DNA of 64,000 nucleotides from an uncultured Arcobacteraceae bacterium (GTDB lineage: Bacteria > Campylobacterota > Campylobacteria > Campylobacterales > Arcobacteraceae): the NCBI GenBank assembly GCA_964022095.1, contig CAXHZO010000002.1, positions 160,001 to 224,000 on the forward strand. The letters are read 5' to 3'. Each line of letters begins with the position of its first letter. Position 1 is the first letter of the stretch. The translations under genes and the position numbers were made by a program. The notes below the pieces were generated by a model. It saw nothing but the letters and a program-made list of their open reading frames with translations. It had not been told where the DNA came from and ran no database searches. Shown here one piece after another: positions 10,334 to 21,206 of the stretch.

Positions 10334-10726
10334 CTAGTTTTTACTAGTTTCTTCTGTGATCAAGGAGATATTGAAGAGTTGATTTTTCTGAATTGCATCT
10401 AATATTTTAACAACTTTTTCATATTTTACATCTTTATCAATTCTAAAAATAATATTTCTTGTTTTATCTTCTATTTCAATTAGCTTTTCATGAAGTTCAT
10501 CCAGTGTTAATTCTTTACCATAAATTGCAAGTTTATCAATACTCAATTCGATTATTATCTCTTTTTGTTTTAATTCAATCTCTTTTGCACTTGAAGTTGG
10601 AAGATTCAGCACAAGAGCTAATTCATCTTTTTTAAATACAGAAGATACAATAAAGAAAATTAATAAAATAAAAACAACATCAACAAGTGGTGTGATATCT
10701 GGTGTTAATATTTCTCTTTTTTTCAT
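10334..10726 (-). CDS. exbD: Biopolymer transport protein ExbD
   Basis: DITPLVDVVFILLIFFIV. Confidence 0.92.
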   Translation of the reverse strand: MKKREILTPDITPLVDVVFILLIFFIVSSVFKKDELALVLNLPTSSAKEIELKQKEIIIELSIDKLAIYGKELTLDELHEKLIEIEDKTRNIIFRIDKDVKYEKVVKILDAIQKNQLFNISLITEETSKN

Positions 10727-11232
10727 AGGTTTTTTAACACCTCTTTTTGAAGTTTTAATTCCAAACTATCTAAAACACCAGTAATATAGTTATATCCTAT
10801 ATAGTGAGGAATAGCAACTATTAGACCTGCAACTGTTGTTATAAGTGCAATAGAAATACCATTTGAAAAAATACTTGGATCTCCAAGTCCACTTTTTGTA
10901 ATAGAATCAAATGAGTTTAAAACCCCAACAACTGTACCTAATAAACCAATCAGTGGTGCAATTGAGGCAATGATTTTGATAGTGTTTAATCCCAATTCTA
11001 ATTTTTTTACTTTTCTACTAATAATATTTTCTAAAGATTCTTTTTTTAAATCAATGTTATTGTTTTTAACAAATGCCACAATTTCATCTATATTTTTTTG
11101 ACTTTTAACTTTTGAAAAAGAAAGAACAACTATTTTCCAAAACATAATTGTAAAACCTATAATATTCAAGAATATTAGTATATAAACTATTATTCCACCT
11201 CTATTAATATAATTTAATAAATCAATTTCCAT
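10723..11232 (-). CDS. exbB: MotA/TolQ/ExbB proton channel
   Basis: APLIGLLGTVVG, GISIALITTVAGLIVAIP. Confidence 0.92.
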   Translation of the reverse strand: MEIDLLNYINRGGIIVYILIFLNIIGFTIMFWKIVVLSFSKVKSQKNIDEIVAFVKNNNIDLKKESLENIISRKVKKLELGLNTIKIIASIAPLIGLLGTVVGVLNSFDSITKSGLGDPSIFSNGISIALITTVAGLIVAIPHYIGYNYITGVLDSLELKLQKEVLKNL

Positions 11233-11237
11233 TTAAT

Positions 11238-11975
11238 TTAACTCCTTACTATTTTATATACCACTGGCACAGTTATTTCCCAGCTAGTTTTATTTAATTC
11301 TTTAGGAATTGGATCAAATTTTCCAATTCTTGACATGATTTTTATTGCAGCTTTATTTAATCTTTTATATTTGCTATTTTTTTTGATACTTATATTTGTA
11401 ATTTCACCATTTTTGTTGATTGTAAAATTTAAGTAGACTTTTCCCATTTGATTAAGTCTTTTTGCTGCTTTTGGGTACTTTTTATTTTTTTCTATTAATC
11501 TTTTCAGTTTTAATAGGTACTCATTTTTAACAGCTTTTAAAACCTTAGGATTGATTTTCTCACTTTTTTGTGCTTTTTGAGAAAGCTCTTGTGGAATTTG
11601 TTTTTTTTCAAAAACTTTTTTAGGTTCAGGCTTTTTTAGAACTTTTTTAACAGGTTTTTTAACTTTTTTCTTTTTGACAATCTTTTTTTTCTTAACTTTT
11701 TTCTTAACTTCTTTAACAATATTTTTACTTTTTGTTTTTGGAAGTTTCTTTTTTATAATAGGTTTTTTCTCAACAACTACTTTTTCAACTTTTTTAGGTT
11801 TTGGCTTAACTTCTTGTTTTTTGATTACTACTTTATTTAGTTTTATAGCAACACTACTAGTTGGTTTTGGTGCAACAATTGTTTTAGGTTTTTCAACTTT
11901 AAGCTGAGCAAATAGATATACATGAACTGATACTATTAAAATTAATATTAATAAAAAACTTTTTTTTCTTTCCAT
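11238..11975 (-). CDS. tonB: Energy transducer TonB
   Basis: N-terminal TM with SxxxH, Lys/Pro-rich linker, YPKAAKRLNQMGKV C-domain. Confidence 0.9.
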   Translation of the reverse strand: MERKKSFLLILILIVSVHVYLFAQLKVEKPKTIVAPKPTSSVAIKLNKVVIKKQEVKPKPKKVEKVVVEKKPIIKKKLPKTKSKNIVKEVKKKVKKKKIVKKKKVKKPVKKVLKKPEPKKVFEKKQIPQELSQKAQKSEKINPKVLKAVKNEYLLKLKRLIEKNKKYPKAAKRLNQMGKVYLNFTINKNGEITNISIKKNSKYKRLNKAAIKIMSRIGKFDPIPKELNKTSWEITVPVVYKIVRS

Positions 11976-11996
11976 TTGGGAATCTTAATATAATAT

Positions 11997-12011
11997 TGAT
12001 AATAATTATCT
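11997..12011. promoter_or_regulatory. Fur box upstream of tonB
   Basis: TGATAAT-A-ATTATCT; 7-1-7 consensus with one mismatch. Confidence 0.8.
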
Positions 12012-12090
12012 TAATTAATAAAATATTAATGAGTTTGTTAAAGATTTGTTAAAAAAGTTTAACTATTATTTCAAAAAAAAAGGAGTTTTC

Positions 12091-13284
12091 TTGAAGAGAA
12101 TAATAATTCTTCCTTTTTTGTGTAGTTCACTATTTTCTAATGAGCTAGAACTATTACAAAAAGATAAACAGGAAATAAGAACTTTAGAAAAACAAATAAT
12201 AGAAGAAAAATATAAATCTTCAAAAGATGAATGGATTGGAGGAATTGATTTAAGTTCTACTATAAATAGAAGCCACTCTTTTTCTAGTGAAAATGATAAT
12301 TTATCAAAAAGTATTTCAATTGGTTTTTCTCAAAACATATATCAATCTGGTGGAATAGAGTTTTCAATTCAAAATGCTAAAGATACATATAATCAAGATT
12401 TAATTGCATGGGAAAATGAAAATATTGCAATTCTTCAAACAATATATGAAACTTTGTTAAATATGAAAAAAGTAAAGATAGAGATAACTCAAAGTGATTA
12501 TAATTTAAAAAATAAACACATAGAGTTGATTTTAAAGAAAATACAATATGAAGCTGGGAAAGTGGATATTGTAGAACTAAATAATGCAATTATGTCTAAA
12601 AACACTCAATTTAAAAATACAATTTCTTTAAAAAACTCTTTAAAAGATTTAGAGCATGAGTTATCTAAATATACATCATTAAGATATGATGAAATAGAGA
12701 TTTTAGATTTTAAACATATAGATAAAGAGGAGTTTATTAGAAATAGTTTAGATTTAAAGTATGAAAAATCAAAAATCGATGTTTTAAATACTACATATAA
12801 AGAATTAAAAAGCTCTTACGGCCCTCAAGTTAGTATTTCAACTAACGCATCATATTCAAATAATGATGATTTGATAAATAATACAAATGATGATAGTTCA
12901 TCTGGTAGTATATCTTTAAAGCTATCAATGCCTATTTTTGATATTACAAAAGATACAAAAATTGAGAAATCAAAACTTGAAGTGCTTAAACAAAAAGTAT
13001 CTTTAAAAGATACAAAAAATGAGCTTGATTACACTTATGAACAAATCATAAATCAAATTGATACCTATGAACAATATAGAAAAACTATTAGTGAAAATTT
13101 AGAGTTATATGATGACTTAATTTCTGTTAATGCAACATCAAATAGTGCAGGAATGACTTCTGATTATGATTTAGAAATATTAAAAAACACTAAGCAAATC
13201 AATGAATTTGATTTAAAAATCAATGATATAAATATCAAACTACAATACTCAAAACTATATTTTATGACAAAGGCTAAAAGTTAA
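12091..13284 (+). CDS. TolC family outer-membrane efflux protein
   Basis: TolC-like repeats (QYEAGKVDIVEL); heads the MacAB operon. TTG 12091 follows AGGAG. Confidence 0.75.
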   Translation: MKRIIILPFLCSSLFSNELELLQKDKQEIRTLEKQIIEEKYKSSKDEWIGGIDLSSTINRSHSFSSENDNLSKSISIGFSQNIYQSGGIEFSIQNAKDTYNQDLIAWENENIAILQTIYETLLNMKKVKIEITQSDYNLKNKHIELILKKIQYEAGKVDIVELNNAIMSKNTQFKNTISLKNSLKDLEHELSKYTSLRYDEIEILDFKHIDKEEFIRNSLDLKYEKSKIDVLNTTYKELKSSYGPQVSISTNASYSNNDDLINNTNDDSSSGSISLKLSMPIFDITKDTKIEKSKLEVLKQKVSLKDTKNELDYTYEQIINQIDTYEQYRKTISENLELYDDLISVNATSNSAGMTSDYDLEILKNTKQINEFDLKINDINIKLQYSKLYFMTKAKS

Positions 13285-14552
13285 TGGAAACAAATTTACA
13301 AAGTGAATTAGAAAATTATTCAAGCAATAAATCTTCAAAAAAATATATATGGATTTTTTTAATTTTATTAATTGTATTTGGAGCTGTTTATTATTACTAT
13401 TCTTTTATTTATAAACAAAATCAATCCAATAAAATCACATATAATACAAAAAAAGTTACAAATGGAGATGTAATAGTTAGTGTAACAGCAACTGGAAATT
13501 TAGAACCAACTAACAGTGTTGATATTGGTATTGAAGTATCAGGGACATTAAAAGAGATTTATGTTGATTATAATGATGAAGTAAAAGTAGGGCAGGTTTT
13601 AGCAAAGCTTGATACAACAAAATTACAATCTCAAGTTGATAGTTCTAAAGCTTCACTAACTATTGCAAAAGCTAACCAAAAAGAGAGTTTAGTAAATGTT
13701 AAAAGTAAAAAATTAGAGTATAACAGAATCAATAAAATGTATAAACAATCTGGTGGAAAATATCCATCAAAAAATGAAGTTGATGATGCAAGGTTTTCAT
13801 ATGAGAGTGCTCAAGCTAGCTATGAGAGTGCTCAAGCAAAAGTTATGCAAGCACAATATAATCTAAAAACAGATGAAGAAAATTTAGAAAAAGCAGTTGT
13901 AAAATCTTCTATAAATGGAATAGTTTTAGATAGAGCTGTAGAAGTTGGGCAAACGGTTGCTGCAACTAACTCTACACCAGTACTTTTTACTGTTGCTAAA
14001 GATTTATCAAAGATGGAATTAATAGTAAATATTGATGAAGCAGATGTTGCTAATATTAAAAAAGATTTGGATGTTGAATTTACAGTTGATGCATATCCAA
14101 ATGAAAAATTTAAAGGAAAAATCAAACAAGTAAGATTTAATCCAATTGAATCAAGTGGTGTAATTACATATGAAACAGTTGTTTTATTAAATAATGATAA
14201 ATTACTTTTAAGACCTGGTATGACTGCAACTGCTCAAATTTTCACTAAGCAATTAAGAGATCAAGTATTAGTTCCTAATTCTGCTTTTAGATTTAAACCA
14301 AAAAATAATGAAGCAAAAAACAAAAGTATGAAGGATGTAATGTCAGGACCTAAATTCCCAAGAAGAACAAGTAATTCAAAAGAGATTAATAAATCAAGTG
14401 ATATGAAAACTATATATGTTTTAGAAGATGCAACTCCTAAAAAAATTAGCGTAAAAGTTATTGATTCTGATGGTAAATTTACAGCAATAAAAACTGACAA
14501 ACTTAATTTAGATGATGAAGTTATTGTTTCACAAAGTAGTATAAATGAGTAG
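13284..14552 (+). CDS. macA: Efflux periplasmic adaptor (MacA-like)
   Basis: VTATGNLEP, VSGTLKEIYVDYNDEVKVGQVLA, LRPGMTA. Confidence 0.85.
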   Translation: METNLQSELENYSSNKSSKKYIWIFLILLIVFGAVYYYYSFIYKQNQSNKITYNTKKVTNGDVIVSVTATGNLEPTNSVDIGIEVSGTLKEIYVDYNDEVKVGQVLAKLDTTKLQSQVDSSKASLTIAKANQKESLVNVKSKKLEYNRINKMYKQSGGKYPSKNEVDDARFSYESAQASYESAQAKVMQAQYNLKTDEENLEKAVVKSSINGIVLDRAVEVGQTVAATNSTPVLFTVAKDLSKMELIVNIDEADVANIKKDLDVEFTVDAYPNEKFKGKIKQVRFNPIESSGVITYETVVLLNNDKLLLRPGMTATAQIFTKQLRDQVLVPNSAFRFKPKNNEAKNKSMKDVMSGPKFPRRTSNSKEINKSSDMKTIYVLEDATPKKISVKVIDSDGKFTAIKTDKLNLDDEVIVSQSSINE

Positions 14553-15249
14553 TGATAAAACAATAATTGAATTTAAGAATATTGTTAAAACTTATGGTAA
14601 GGGTGAAGCTAAAACTTATGCTTTAAATGGTGTAAATCTCTCTATAAAACAGGGTGAGTTTGTAGCTATTATGGGTGCAAGTGGTAGTGGTAAATCTACT
14701 TCTATGAATATGATAGGCTGTTTAGATAATCCTACTAGTGGAGAGTATTTATTTAATGATATCCATGTGGAAAAATTAAATAGAAATCAAATGGCATTGA
14801 TTAGAAGAAATTATATTGGTTTTGTGTTTCAAAGTTTTAATCTGTTAGGACGTACAAGTGCTTTAGAAAATGTAGAGTTACCACTAGTTTATAGAAAAAT
14901 CCCAGCTAAACAAAGAAAAGTTTTAGCCTATGAAGCATTAAAGAAAGTGGGATTAGAAAGTGTTATAAATAATGCACCTTCTCAATTATCAGGAGGTCAG
15001 CAACAACGGGTTGCAATTGCAAGAGCAATTGTAACAAACCCTTTGATTTTACTTGCTGATGAACCAACTGGAAATCTTGATAGTATTAAAAGTGTTGAAA
15101 TTATGAATCTATTAAAAAAATTAAATGAGGAATCTGGTATTACAATCATAATGGTAACGCACGAAGAAGAAATGGCAGAGTATGCAAGTAGAACAATCTA
15201 TTTTAGAGATGGTCATATAGATGATAGTTTAAAAAAAGGATATAAGTAA
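14545..15249 (+). CDS. ABC ATP-binding protein (MacB/LolD-type NBD)
   Basis: [33 protein letters not shown]. Confidence 0.92.
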   Translation: MSSDKTIIEFKNIVKTYGKGEAKTYALNGVNLSIKQGEFVAIMGASGSGKSTSMNMIGCLDNPTSGEYLFNDIHVEKLNRNQMALIRRNYIGFVFQSFNLLGRTSALENVELPLVYRKIPAKQRKVLAYEALKKVGLESVINNAPSQLSGGQQQRVAIARAIVTNPLILLADEPTGNLDSIKSVEIMNLLKKLNEESGITIIMVTHEEEMAEYASRTIYFRDGHIDDSLKKGYK

Positions 15250-16460
15250 TGCTTAGTAATGCTTTTTTAATAGCTATAAAAGAGATAAGAAGAAATATTT
15301 TAAGGTCAATCCTAACAATTCTTGGAATTGTAATTGGAGTAGCTTCTGTTATTGGAATGGTTATGATTGGAGATGGAACAACTGCAAATGTAACAGAGGG
15401 TATTAAAAAACTTGGAACGAATATGTTAACTCTTCGTGTTGGGCAAGAAAGAAGAGGACCTCCAAGAAGTGATAACACTGCTAGATATTTCGATGAAGCA
15501 GATATGGAGGCTTTAAAATATGAAATACAAAATGTATCAGGAGTTTCTGCTGAAGATGATACAAATATTAATGTAATTTATGGAAATAAAAGTTATGCAA
15601 GTGAAGTTGTTGGAGCAAATAATGACTTTTTTCAAGTTAAAAATTGGGAGTTAGATAAGGGACGATTATTTGAAGATTCTGAGTTAAATGCAGGAAAATC
15701 AGTTTGTATTTTAGGAACTACTGTTATAAAACAGATTTTTGAAGGAACTAATCCTATTGGTGAAAAAATAAGACTAAAAAGTTTCTCTTGTACTGTTATT
15801 GGAACTTTAAAATCAAAAGGCGCAGCAGCTTTTGGTAGAGACCAAGATGATATTATCGTTGCACCACTTGGAATGTATCAAAGAAAAGTAAAAGGGAATA
15901 AAAATATTAGAACAATTATTTTATCTATAAATAATAGTAAAAATATTGAAAAAGCAAAAAAAGACATAACAGCATTAATGAGAGAAAGAAGAAATATAGG
16001 AATAGATGAAGATGATAACTTCCATATTAGAGATATGCAAGATTTACTTTCGACTATGACTTCAACTACTGAGACTTTAACATACCTTTTAGGTTCTATT
16101 GCAGCTATTTCACTTTTAGTTGGTGGAATTGGAATTATGAATATTATGCTAGTTTCAGTGACAGAAAGGACAAGAGAGATTGGTACAAGACTTGCAATTG
16201 GAGCTATGGAGAGTGAAGTGTTATTGCAGTTTTTAGTTGAAGCTGTTGTTTTATCAACTTTAGGAGGATTAATTGGAATTGCTTTAGGTTTAGGTATTGG
16301 TTTTGGGGCAGTTTCTATGATGCAATTACCTTTTATTATAAATCATGAGATTATAATGATTGCTTTTATATTTTCAACATTGATTGGTGTAATATTTGGA
16401 TATTTTCCTGCGAGAAAAGCTGCAAGACTTAATCCTATTGATGCATTAAGATATGAATAA
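15249..16460 (+). CDS. MacB-type ABC permease
   Basis: [50 protein letters not shown]. Confidence 0.92.
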   Translation: MLSNAFLIAIKEIRRNILRSILTILGIVIGVASVIGMVMIGDGTTANVTEGIKKLGTNMLTLRVGQERRGPPRSDNTARYFDEADMEALKYEIQNVSGVSAEDDTNINVIYGNKSYASEVVGANNDFFQVKNWELDKGRLFEDSELNAGKSVCILGTTVIKQIFEGTNPIGEKIRLKSFSCTVIGTLKSKGAAAFGRDQDDIIVAPLGMYQRKVKGNKNIRTIILSINNSKNIEKAKKDITALMRERRNIGIDEDDNFHIRDMQDLLSTMTSTTETLTYLLGSIAAISLLVGGIGIMNIMLVSVTERTREIGTRLAIGAMESEVLLQFLVEAVVLSTLGGLIGIALGLGIGFGAVSMMQLPFIINHEIIMIAFIFSTLIGVIFGYFPARKAARLNPIDALRYE

Positions 16461-16462
16461 AG

Positions 16463-16492
16463 AATAAAGAGATTTATAAAAATCTCTTTATT
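16463..16492. terminator. Bidirectional intrinsic terminator
   Basis: AATAAAGAGATTT-ataa-AAATCTCTTTATT. Confidence 0.8.
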
Positions 16493-16898
16493 AAAAGCTA
16501 TAAATATATTGAGACAAGAAAACTACTAAAAGTAATAGTGAGAAAAATACATAGTGAAATATTGTTTTAAATCTTTTATTAGCTTCTAATTTATCAAATA
16601 ATAGTGGAACAAAATAAAAACCAATAACTAAAATTAATCCTAATAAAATTTTTAAATGCAATATTTGGGAAGAGTTATTCTCATATAAAAAGAATAATAA
16701 ACTTCCCGAAATAATTAAAATTAAATTATTGATTTTAATTATATTTCTAGCCTGACTTCCCATAGCTTGTTGGATTTTTATACCTTCTTCTTTGGGGAAA
16801 AAGGAGATTATTTTTAGAATTACAAAAGTTCTAAAAAATACTGTTCCCACAAATAAAATGATAGTTACTAAGTGAATAAATTTTATAAATTCATACAT
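16491..16898 (-). CDS. 4-TM membrane protein, CopD-like
   Basis: HLVTIILFVGTVFF, LHLKILLG, membrane-embedded His residues. Confidence 0.5.
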   Translation of the reverse strand: MYEFIKFIHLVTIILFVGTVFFRTFVILKIISFFPKEEGIKIQQAMGSQARNIIKINNLILIISGSLLFFLYENNSSQILHLKILLGLILVIGFYFVPLLFDKLEANKRFKTIFHYVFFSLLLLVVFLSQYIYSF

Positions 16899-16907
16899 AA
16901 GACTGTC

Positions 16908-18962
16908 TTAAAAATTTATTCTTAAACCAGCAAAATAATATGTCCCCACATTAATTCCAAGTTCTTCTTCAACTTCTTTATCAAAAATATTATCAACTCC
17001 TCCATAAATAGAAGTTAATTTATTTATATTATAGTTTAATCTTAAATCAACAAATGTATAGGCATCAGTTTTTGTTGTATTTGCACTATTGCTAAATTGC
17101 TCACCTATGTATCTTACAGATAAGTTTGATTTTAAATTTTCAAGAATTTTATAATCAAGTCCTAAAGATGCTGATAAATCAGGTGTGTAAGTTAATTCTT
17201 TATTAGAAGTTTTATCTTTAGTATCTAAATATGTAAGATTGAAATTAGCTCCTAAATTATCATTTAACTCATAATCAAGGCTTAATTCAGCACCATTTAT
17301 TTCTACTTTTTCTAAGTTTTCAGAAGTATAATATTTTGTATTCCCGTTTCCATAAGATACTAATTCAATTTTATCTTTTATATTTGTATGAAATAATACA
17401 AGTTCTGAATTTAACTTATTAAATCTATTATTTAAAGCTATTTCAAATGTTTGTGATTCTTCTGGTTTTAAATCATAAGCAGTTGTTTTAAAAGTATTAA
17501 TTACTTCTGAACCATATCTTTTCCCATCTTTATATACAGGAGAAACTACATAAAGCTCAGCTATATCAGGTGATCTATATCCTTGAGCATAATTCACTCT
17601 AAGACTTGTATTTTCAGTTAGTTTTTGAACAGCACCCACTTGCAGTGTGATTTTATTTTCAGCATTTGAGATATTGTCATATCTTATTCCAATTGTTGCA
17701 TTTAAAGTATCATTAAAAGTTATCTCATCTTGTAAAAATGCAGATTTATAAGACACTTCTTTTGTGATAAATTCACTAGAACTTACATCTGGATTTATTG
17801 CACTTGAATCTCTTGTCTCTTTTCTATAATCAATTCCAGCTGTTAAGATATTTGAATTATTTAAAAAATATGTAGTATTTGATTCAATATTATCAATTGT
17901 TACATTTGCACTAAACTTTTTATTAATTGGACCTGTGAAATTTATAGGAGTTGTTTCATTTCTTTTTTTATAATATGATTTATAAAGTTTTAAAGAGGTA
18001 GTTAAATCATCATTTACAAGATATTTTAAATCTGTTGAAACATCTACTCTACTATTATTATCTTCTGAGTTAACAAGTGTATTTTTTATTAAACCTCCAC
18101 CTGAATATTGAGCAGCTCCAAGATAAATTCCTTTTGCCTCTTCTTTAAAATAGTTTAAATCCAGACCTAACGTTAGATTATCATTTAAATCTTTTTCTAG
18201 TCTTGTCCCAAAACTTTTTACATTTGAATCATTTACATAAGTTAACTCACTGTTTCCTGTAATTCCATGTTGTGGATTTGTACTTAAAATAGCACCAGTT
18301 TGTGGATTAGTAGCTACTTGAGTATAATTTTTGTTTAAACTATAAGATGAATTATCTATAAATGAACCAAATATTTTATATCTGAAATTTTCTACATTTC
18401 CAATAGTTGTTAAATTTATATTTTTCTTTTTTGCTTTCCCTTTACTATTTGAACCATATTTGATATCTAAAGTTGTATTTGGTTTATCAACTTTTTTTGT
18501 AATAATATTTATAACTCCACCAATAGCATCTGAACCATAAAGAGTTGACATAGAACCTTTAACTATTTCAATTCTTTCAATCATAGAAGCTGGGATTCTA
18601 TCCATTTCATATGGGTTTTCAGTCTCTGCTGATAATCTTTTCCCATCAAGTAAAATTAGTGTTCCATTTCCTCCAACACCTCTTATTGAAATAGAAGCTT
18701 TTGAAGCAGAACTTGGATGAGGAAATCTTGCATATTGAGCATTTATAGAAGGTGTCTTTTCAAAAACATCTTTTAAAGTTGTTGCTGCAATTTTTTCGAT
18801 ATCTTCACTTGTAATAACAATAATAGAAGCAGATACTCCATCTATATTTTTTTCAGTTTTTGTAGCAGTAGTTACCAAAACTTCATCTAGGCTTGTATTA
18901 CTTAGAGCATTTGTTGATAAAATAAATGCAGTAACACTTGATAATAAAACAATTTTTTTCAT
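16908..18962 (-). CDS. TonB-dependent receptor
   Basis: VLVTTATK TonB box, IERIEIVKGSMSTLYGSDAIGGVINIITK plug, C-terminal Phe. Confidence 0.92.
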   Translation of the reverse strand: MKKIVLLSSVTAFILSTNALSNTSLDEVLVTTATKTEKNIDGVSASIIVITSEDIEKIAATTLKDVFEKTPSINAQYARFPHPSSASKASISIRGVGGNGTLILLDGKRLSAETENPYEMDRIPASMIERIEIVKGSMSTLYGSDAIGGVINIITKKVDKPNTTLDIKYGSNSKGKAKKKNINLTTIGNVENFRYKIFGSFIDNSSYSLNKNYTQVATNPQTGAILSTNPQHGITGNSELTYVNDSNVKSFGTRLEKDLNDNLTLGLDLNYFKEEAKGIYLGAAQYSGGGLIKNTLVNSEDNNSRVDVSTDLKYLVNDDLTTSLKLYKSYYKKRNETTPINFTGPINKKFSANVTIDNIESNTTYFLNNSNILTAGIDYRKETRDSSAINPDVSSSEFITKEVSYKSAFLQDEITFNDTLNATIGIRYDNISNAENKITLQVGAVQKLTENTSLRVNYAQGYRSPDIAELYVVSPVYKDGKRYGSEVINTFKTTAYDLKPEESQTFEIALNNRFNKLNSELVLFHTNIKDKIELVSYGNGNTKYYTSENLEKVEINGAELSLDYELNDNLGANFNLTYLDTKDKTSNKELTYTPDLSASLGLDYKILENLKSNLSVRYIGEQFSNSANTTKTDAYTFVDLRLNYNINKLTSIYGGVDNIFDKEVEEELGINVGTYYFAGLRINF

Positions 18963-18974
18963 ATTTTTTTCCTT

Positions 18975-19952
18975 TTAATTTGATTTATAATATAGTTCTT
19001 TGTTGGGTAATTTACCACCAATTAGTTTTGCATCGCTATTTTGTAAAATAGAAAAGAAAAATTCTAATTCTTCCATCGCTTCATTTGCTTTTATACTTTC
19101 AAAAGTTACATGTTCAATCGAATCAGCAAGTCCTTGTTCTTCTAACATAGGAAGAGTTTTTACAACTAAATTTGCAGCCTCTTTGGGGTTTTGTTTATAC
19201 CAAGAAAGAGATTTTTCATATTCACTTAAAAATCTATTTATTAGTTCTTCTTTTCCTTTTGTATCTCCTAAAAATGCAAGTCCAGCTTGTGGAATTTTTG
19301 CTTTTGTTTGAAATAGTTCTCCCCACTCTTTTTGTAAATCCACGCTTCTATACAAATCCGGAGCTACAAGTTTTATAGGAAAAGAGTCCGTTTTTCTCAA
19401 TGCAATTGAAATAGCAGGTTCTGCTAAAAGTGCATGGTCAACTCTTCTTAAAATCAACATTTGCATAGCATCAACTGGACTTGCTACATATTGGATTTTA
19501 AAATCTTTTTTAGAGTCAAGACCGCTTTTTTTTGATAATTCTTGAAAAACAATATCAGGCATGTCAGCTCTAAAAGGAATTACAATCTCTTTATCTTTAA
19601 AATCTTTTAGAGTTTTTAAATTTGGGTCTCGACTAATCATTCCTAAAATTCCCCAAACTGAAACATTTAGAAGTTTTAAATCAACATCTTTATTGTGTAA
19701 ATTTGCTGCAACATTTGTAGGAACAGCCATAAAATCAATATCACCTCTTAAAATCAAAGCTCTTAATTCATCTGGATTTTTCCATAATCTAAACTCTATT
19801 TTTTTTCCTAAATCTTTTAGTGCATCAGTTTCAATCATGTGCATAATTGGATGTGATACGGTTGCAAAAGGTCCAGCAACAACTATTTTATTTTCATCTT
19901 TTGCAAAAAGTGAAAGCAAAAAAACAAAACAAATTAAAAATATATTTTTCAA
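18975..19952 (-). CDS. ABC substrate-binding protein (SsuA/NMT1-like)
   Basis: Signal peptide, PTNVAANL, ALLAEP; TTG start after AAGGAG; same operon as the ABC genes. Confidence 0.75.
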   Translation of the reverse strand: MKNIFLICFVFLLSLFAKDENKIVVAGPFATVSHPIMHMIETDALKDLGKKIEFRLWKNPDELRALILRGDIDFMAVPTNVAANLHNKDVDLKLLNVSVWGILGMISRDPNLKTLKDFKDKEIVIPFRADMPDIVFQELSKKSGLDSKKDFKIQYVASPVDAMQMLILRRVDHALLAEPAISIALRKTDSFPIKLVAPDLYRSVDLQKEWGELFQTKAKIPQAGLAFLGDTKGKEELINRFLSEYEKSLSWYKQNPKEAANLVVKTLPMLEEQGLADSIEHVTFESIKANEAMEELEFFFSILQNSDAKLIGGKLPNKELYYKSN

Positions 19953-19970
19953 AATAATCTCCTTTTTTAA

Positions 19971-21206
19971 TTAACCTTTTATTCCATCAGCTCTAGGACT
20001 TAGTAAAAATGGAATAAAAATTTTCATATAAATAACAAACGGAATAGTCCAGAAAATCGAAGAAATTATGTAAGCTTGGATTGTATATTCCTCATAAAAT
20101 GGAATAAAACTTCTAATAAAAGTTGCAAGAATTATCAACAAAACACCAAAATTTAACCAAATATTTGTAAATATTTTTCTTCCTGTGTGAATTGTTGAGA
20201 TGATAATCATCACGATATAAAAAACTAAACCATAAGTTCCTGTTGTTAAAAAATGTCTAAAATGATTTTGTGCTTTTATCTCTTCATTTAGATAATCAAA
20301 TCCTAAAAACCCATAACCTATTGCTGTCATAAGTAAAATACTCATCAAATAAATAATAAAAGGTTTAAATAAAATATTGTTATCTTTTAGAATAAAATCA
20401 TTTAGTATTCCCAAAATTGAAGCCATACAAGCAAGAGCTAAATAGCCTAAAACAGAGTTATTGGGAAATAAAAACTCAATAGCTGTATAAAGTATTACAC
20501 AAAAAATAGCTAAATTGTATCTAGGAGGTCTTGAATAAAATGTTTCATCAATGTTCTCTTGCTCCAAAAGCTCATTTATAGCTTCCATATTTATTCTCCG
20601 AAGTGCTAATAAAATCAAAACAATAAATGCTCCAAGAGATAAAATCAAAATTGAATAAGAGCTAATAGTTATGATATTTGCAACACTTAGAAAAAACATT
20701 GTTTGTATAATCAAAATTGCAAGTAAAGTAAAAGCTAATGAAATATGTCTTTTGTTTACATCTGCAAAAACAGGTTTTATGATTAGTGAAATAATCCAAA
20801 TAGTTAAAGAGATGTTCAAAATAGCAACTAAAAAAACACCTAAATAATCCATAAACCAAAAACTAACTCTTCCTAAAAGCCATAAAGCTACAATGTATAA
20901 AAGTTTTTTCCCTACAATAGGAACACTTCCAGGGAACATTTCAGGAATACCTGTAAGAAAAAAAGCGATGATTCCTGCAAGTCCAATTCCAAAAATCATC
21001 TCGTACATATGCCAATTTAAAGGATTTTCGATAAAACTAAGATTTATAAATCCACTAAAACTAAGAGACCATAAAATTATAGAAACTATAATATATGGAG
21101 CAAGTAGTAGTAAAATTGGTCTAAATCCATAAGCTAAATATGTAGGAATTTCTCCTTTTGGATAATAAGCATAATGTTTTGAAGCATATTGTTTTTCATT
21201 TTCCAT
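19971..21206 (-). CDS. nnrS: NnrS family membrane protein
   Basis: YGFRPILL, WHMYEMIFG, FFLTGIPE, WLLGR, HTGR, PRADG C-terminus. Confidence 0.85.
   Translation of the reverse strand: MENEKQYASKHYAYYPKGEIPTYLAYGFRPILLLLAPYIIVSIILWSLSFSGFINLSFIENPLNWHMYEMIFGIGLAGIIAFFLTGIPEMFPGSVPIVGKKLLYIVALWLLGRVSFWFMDYLGVFLVAILNISLTIWIISLIIKPVFADVNKRHISLAFTLLAILIIQTMFFLSVANIITISSYSILILSLGAFIVLILLALRRINMEAINELLEQENIDETFYSRPPRYNLAIFCVILYTAIEFLFPNNSVLGYLALACMASILGILNDFILKDNNILFKPFIIYLMSILLMTAIGYGFLGFDYLNEEIKAQNHFRHFLTTGTYGLVFYIVMIIISTIHTGRKIFTNIWLNFGVLLIILATFIRSFIPFYEEYTIQAYIISSIFWTIPFVIYMKIFIPFLLSPRADGIKG

Noticed and set aside
11580-11900. Low-complexity T-rich stretch
   Set aside because: Encodes the ordinary Lys/Pro/Val-rich TonB linker.
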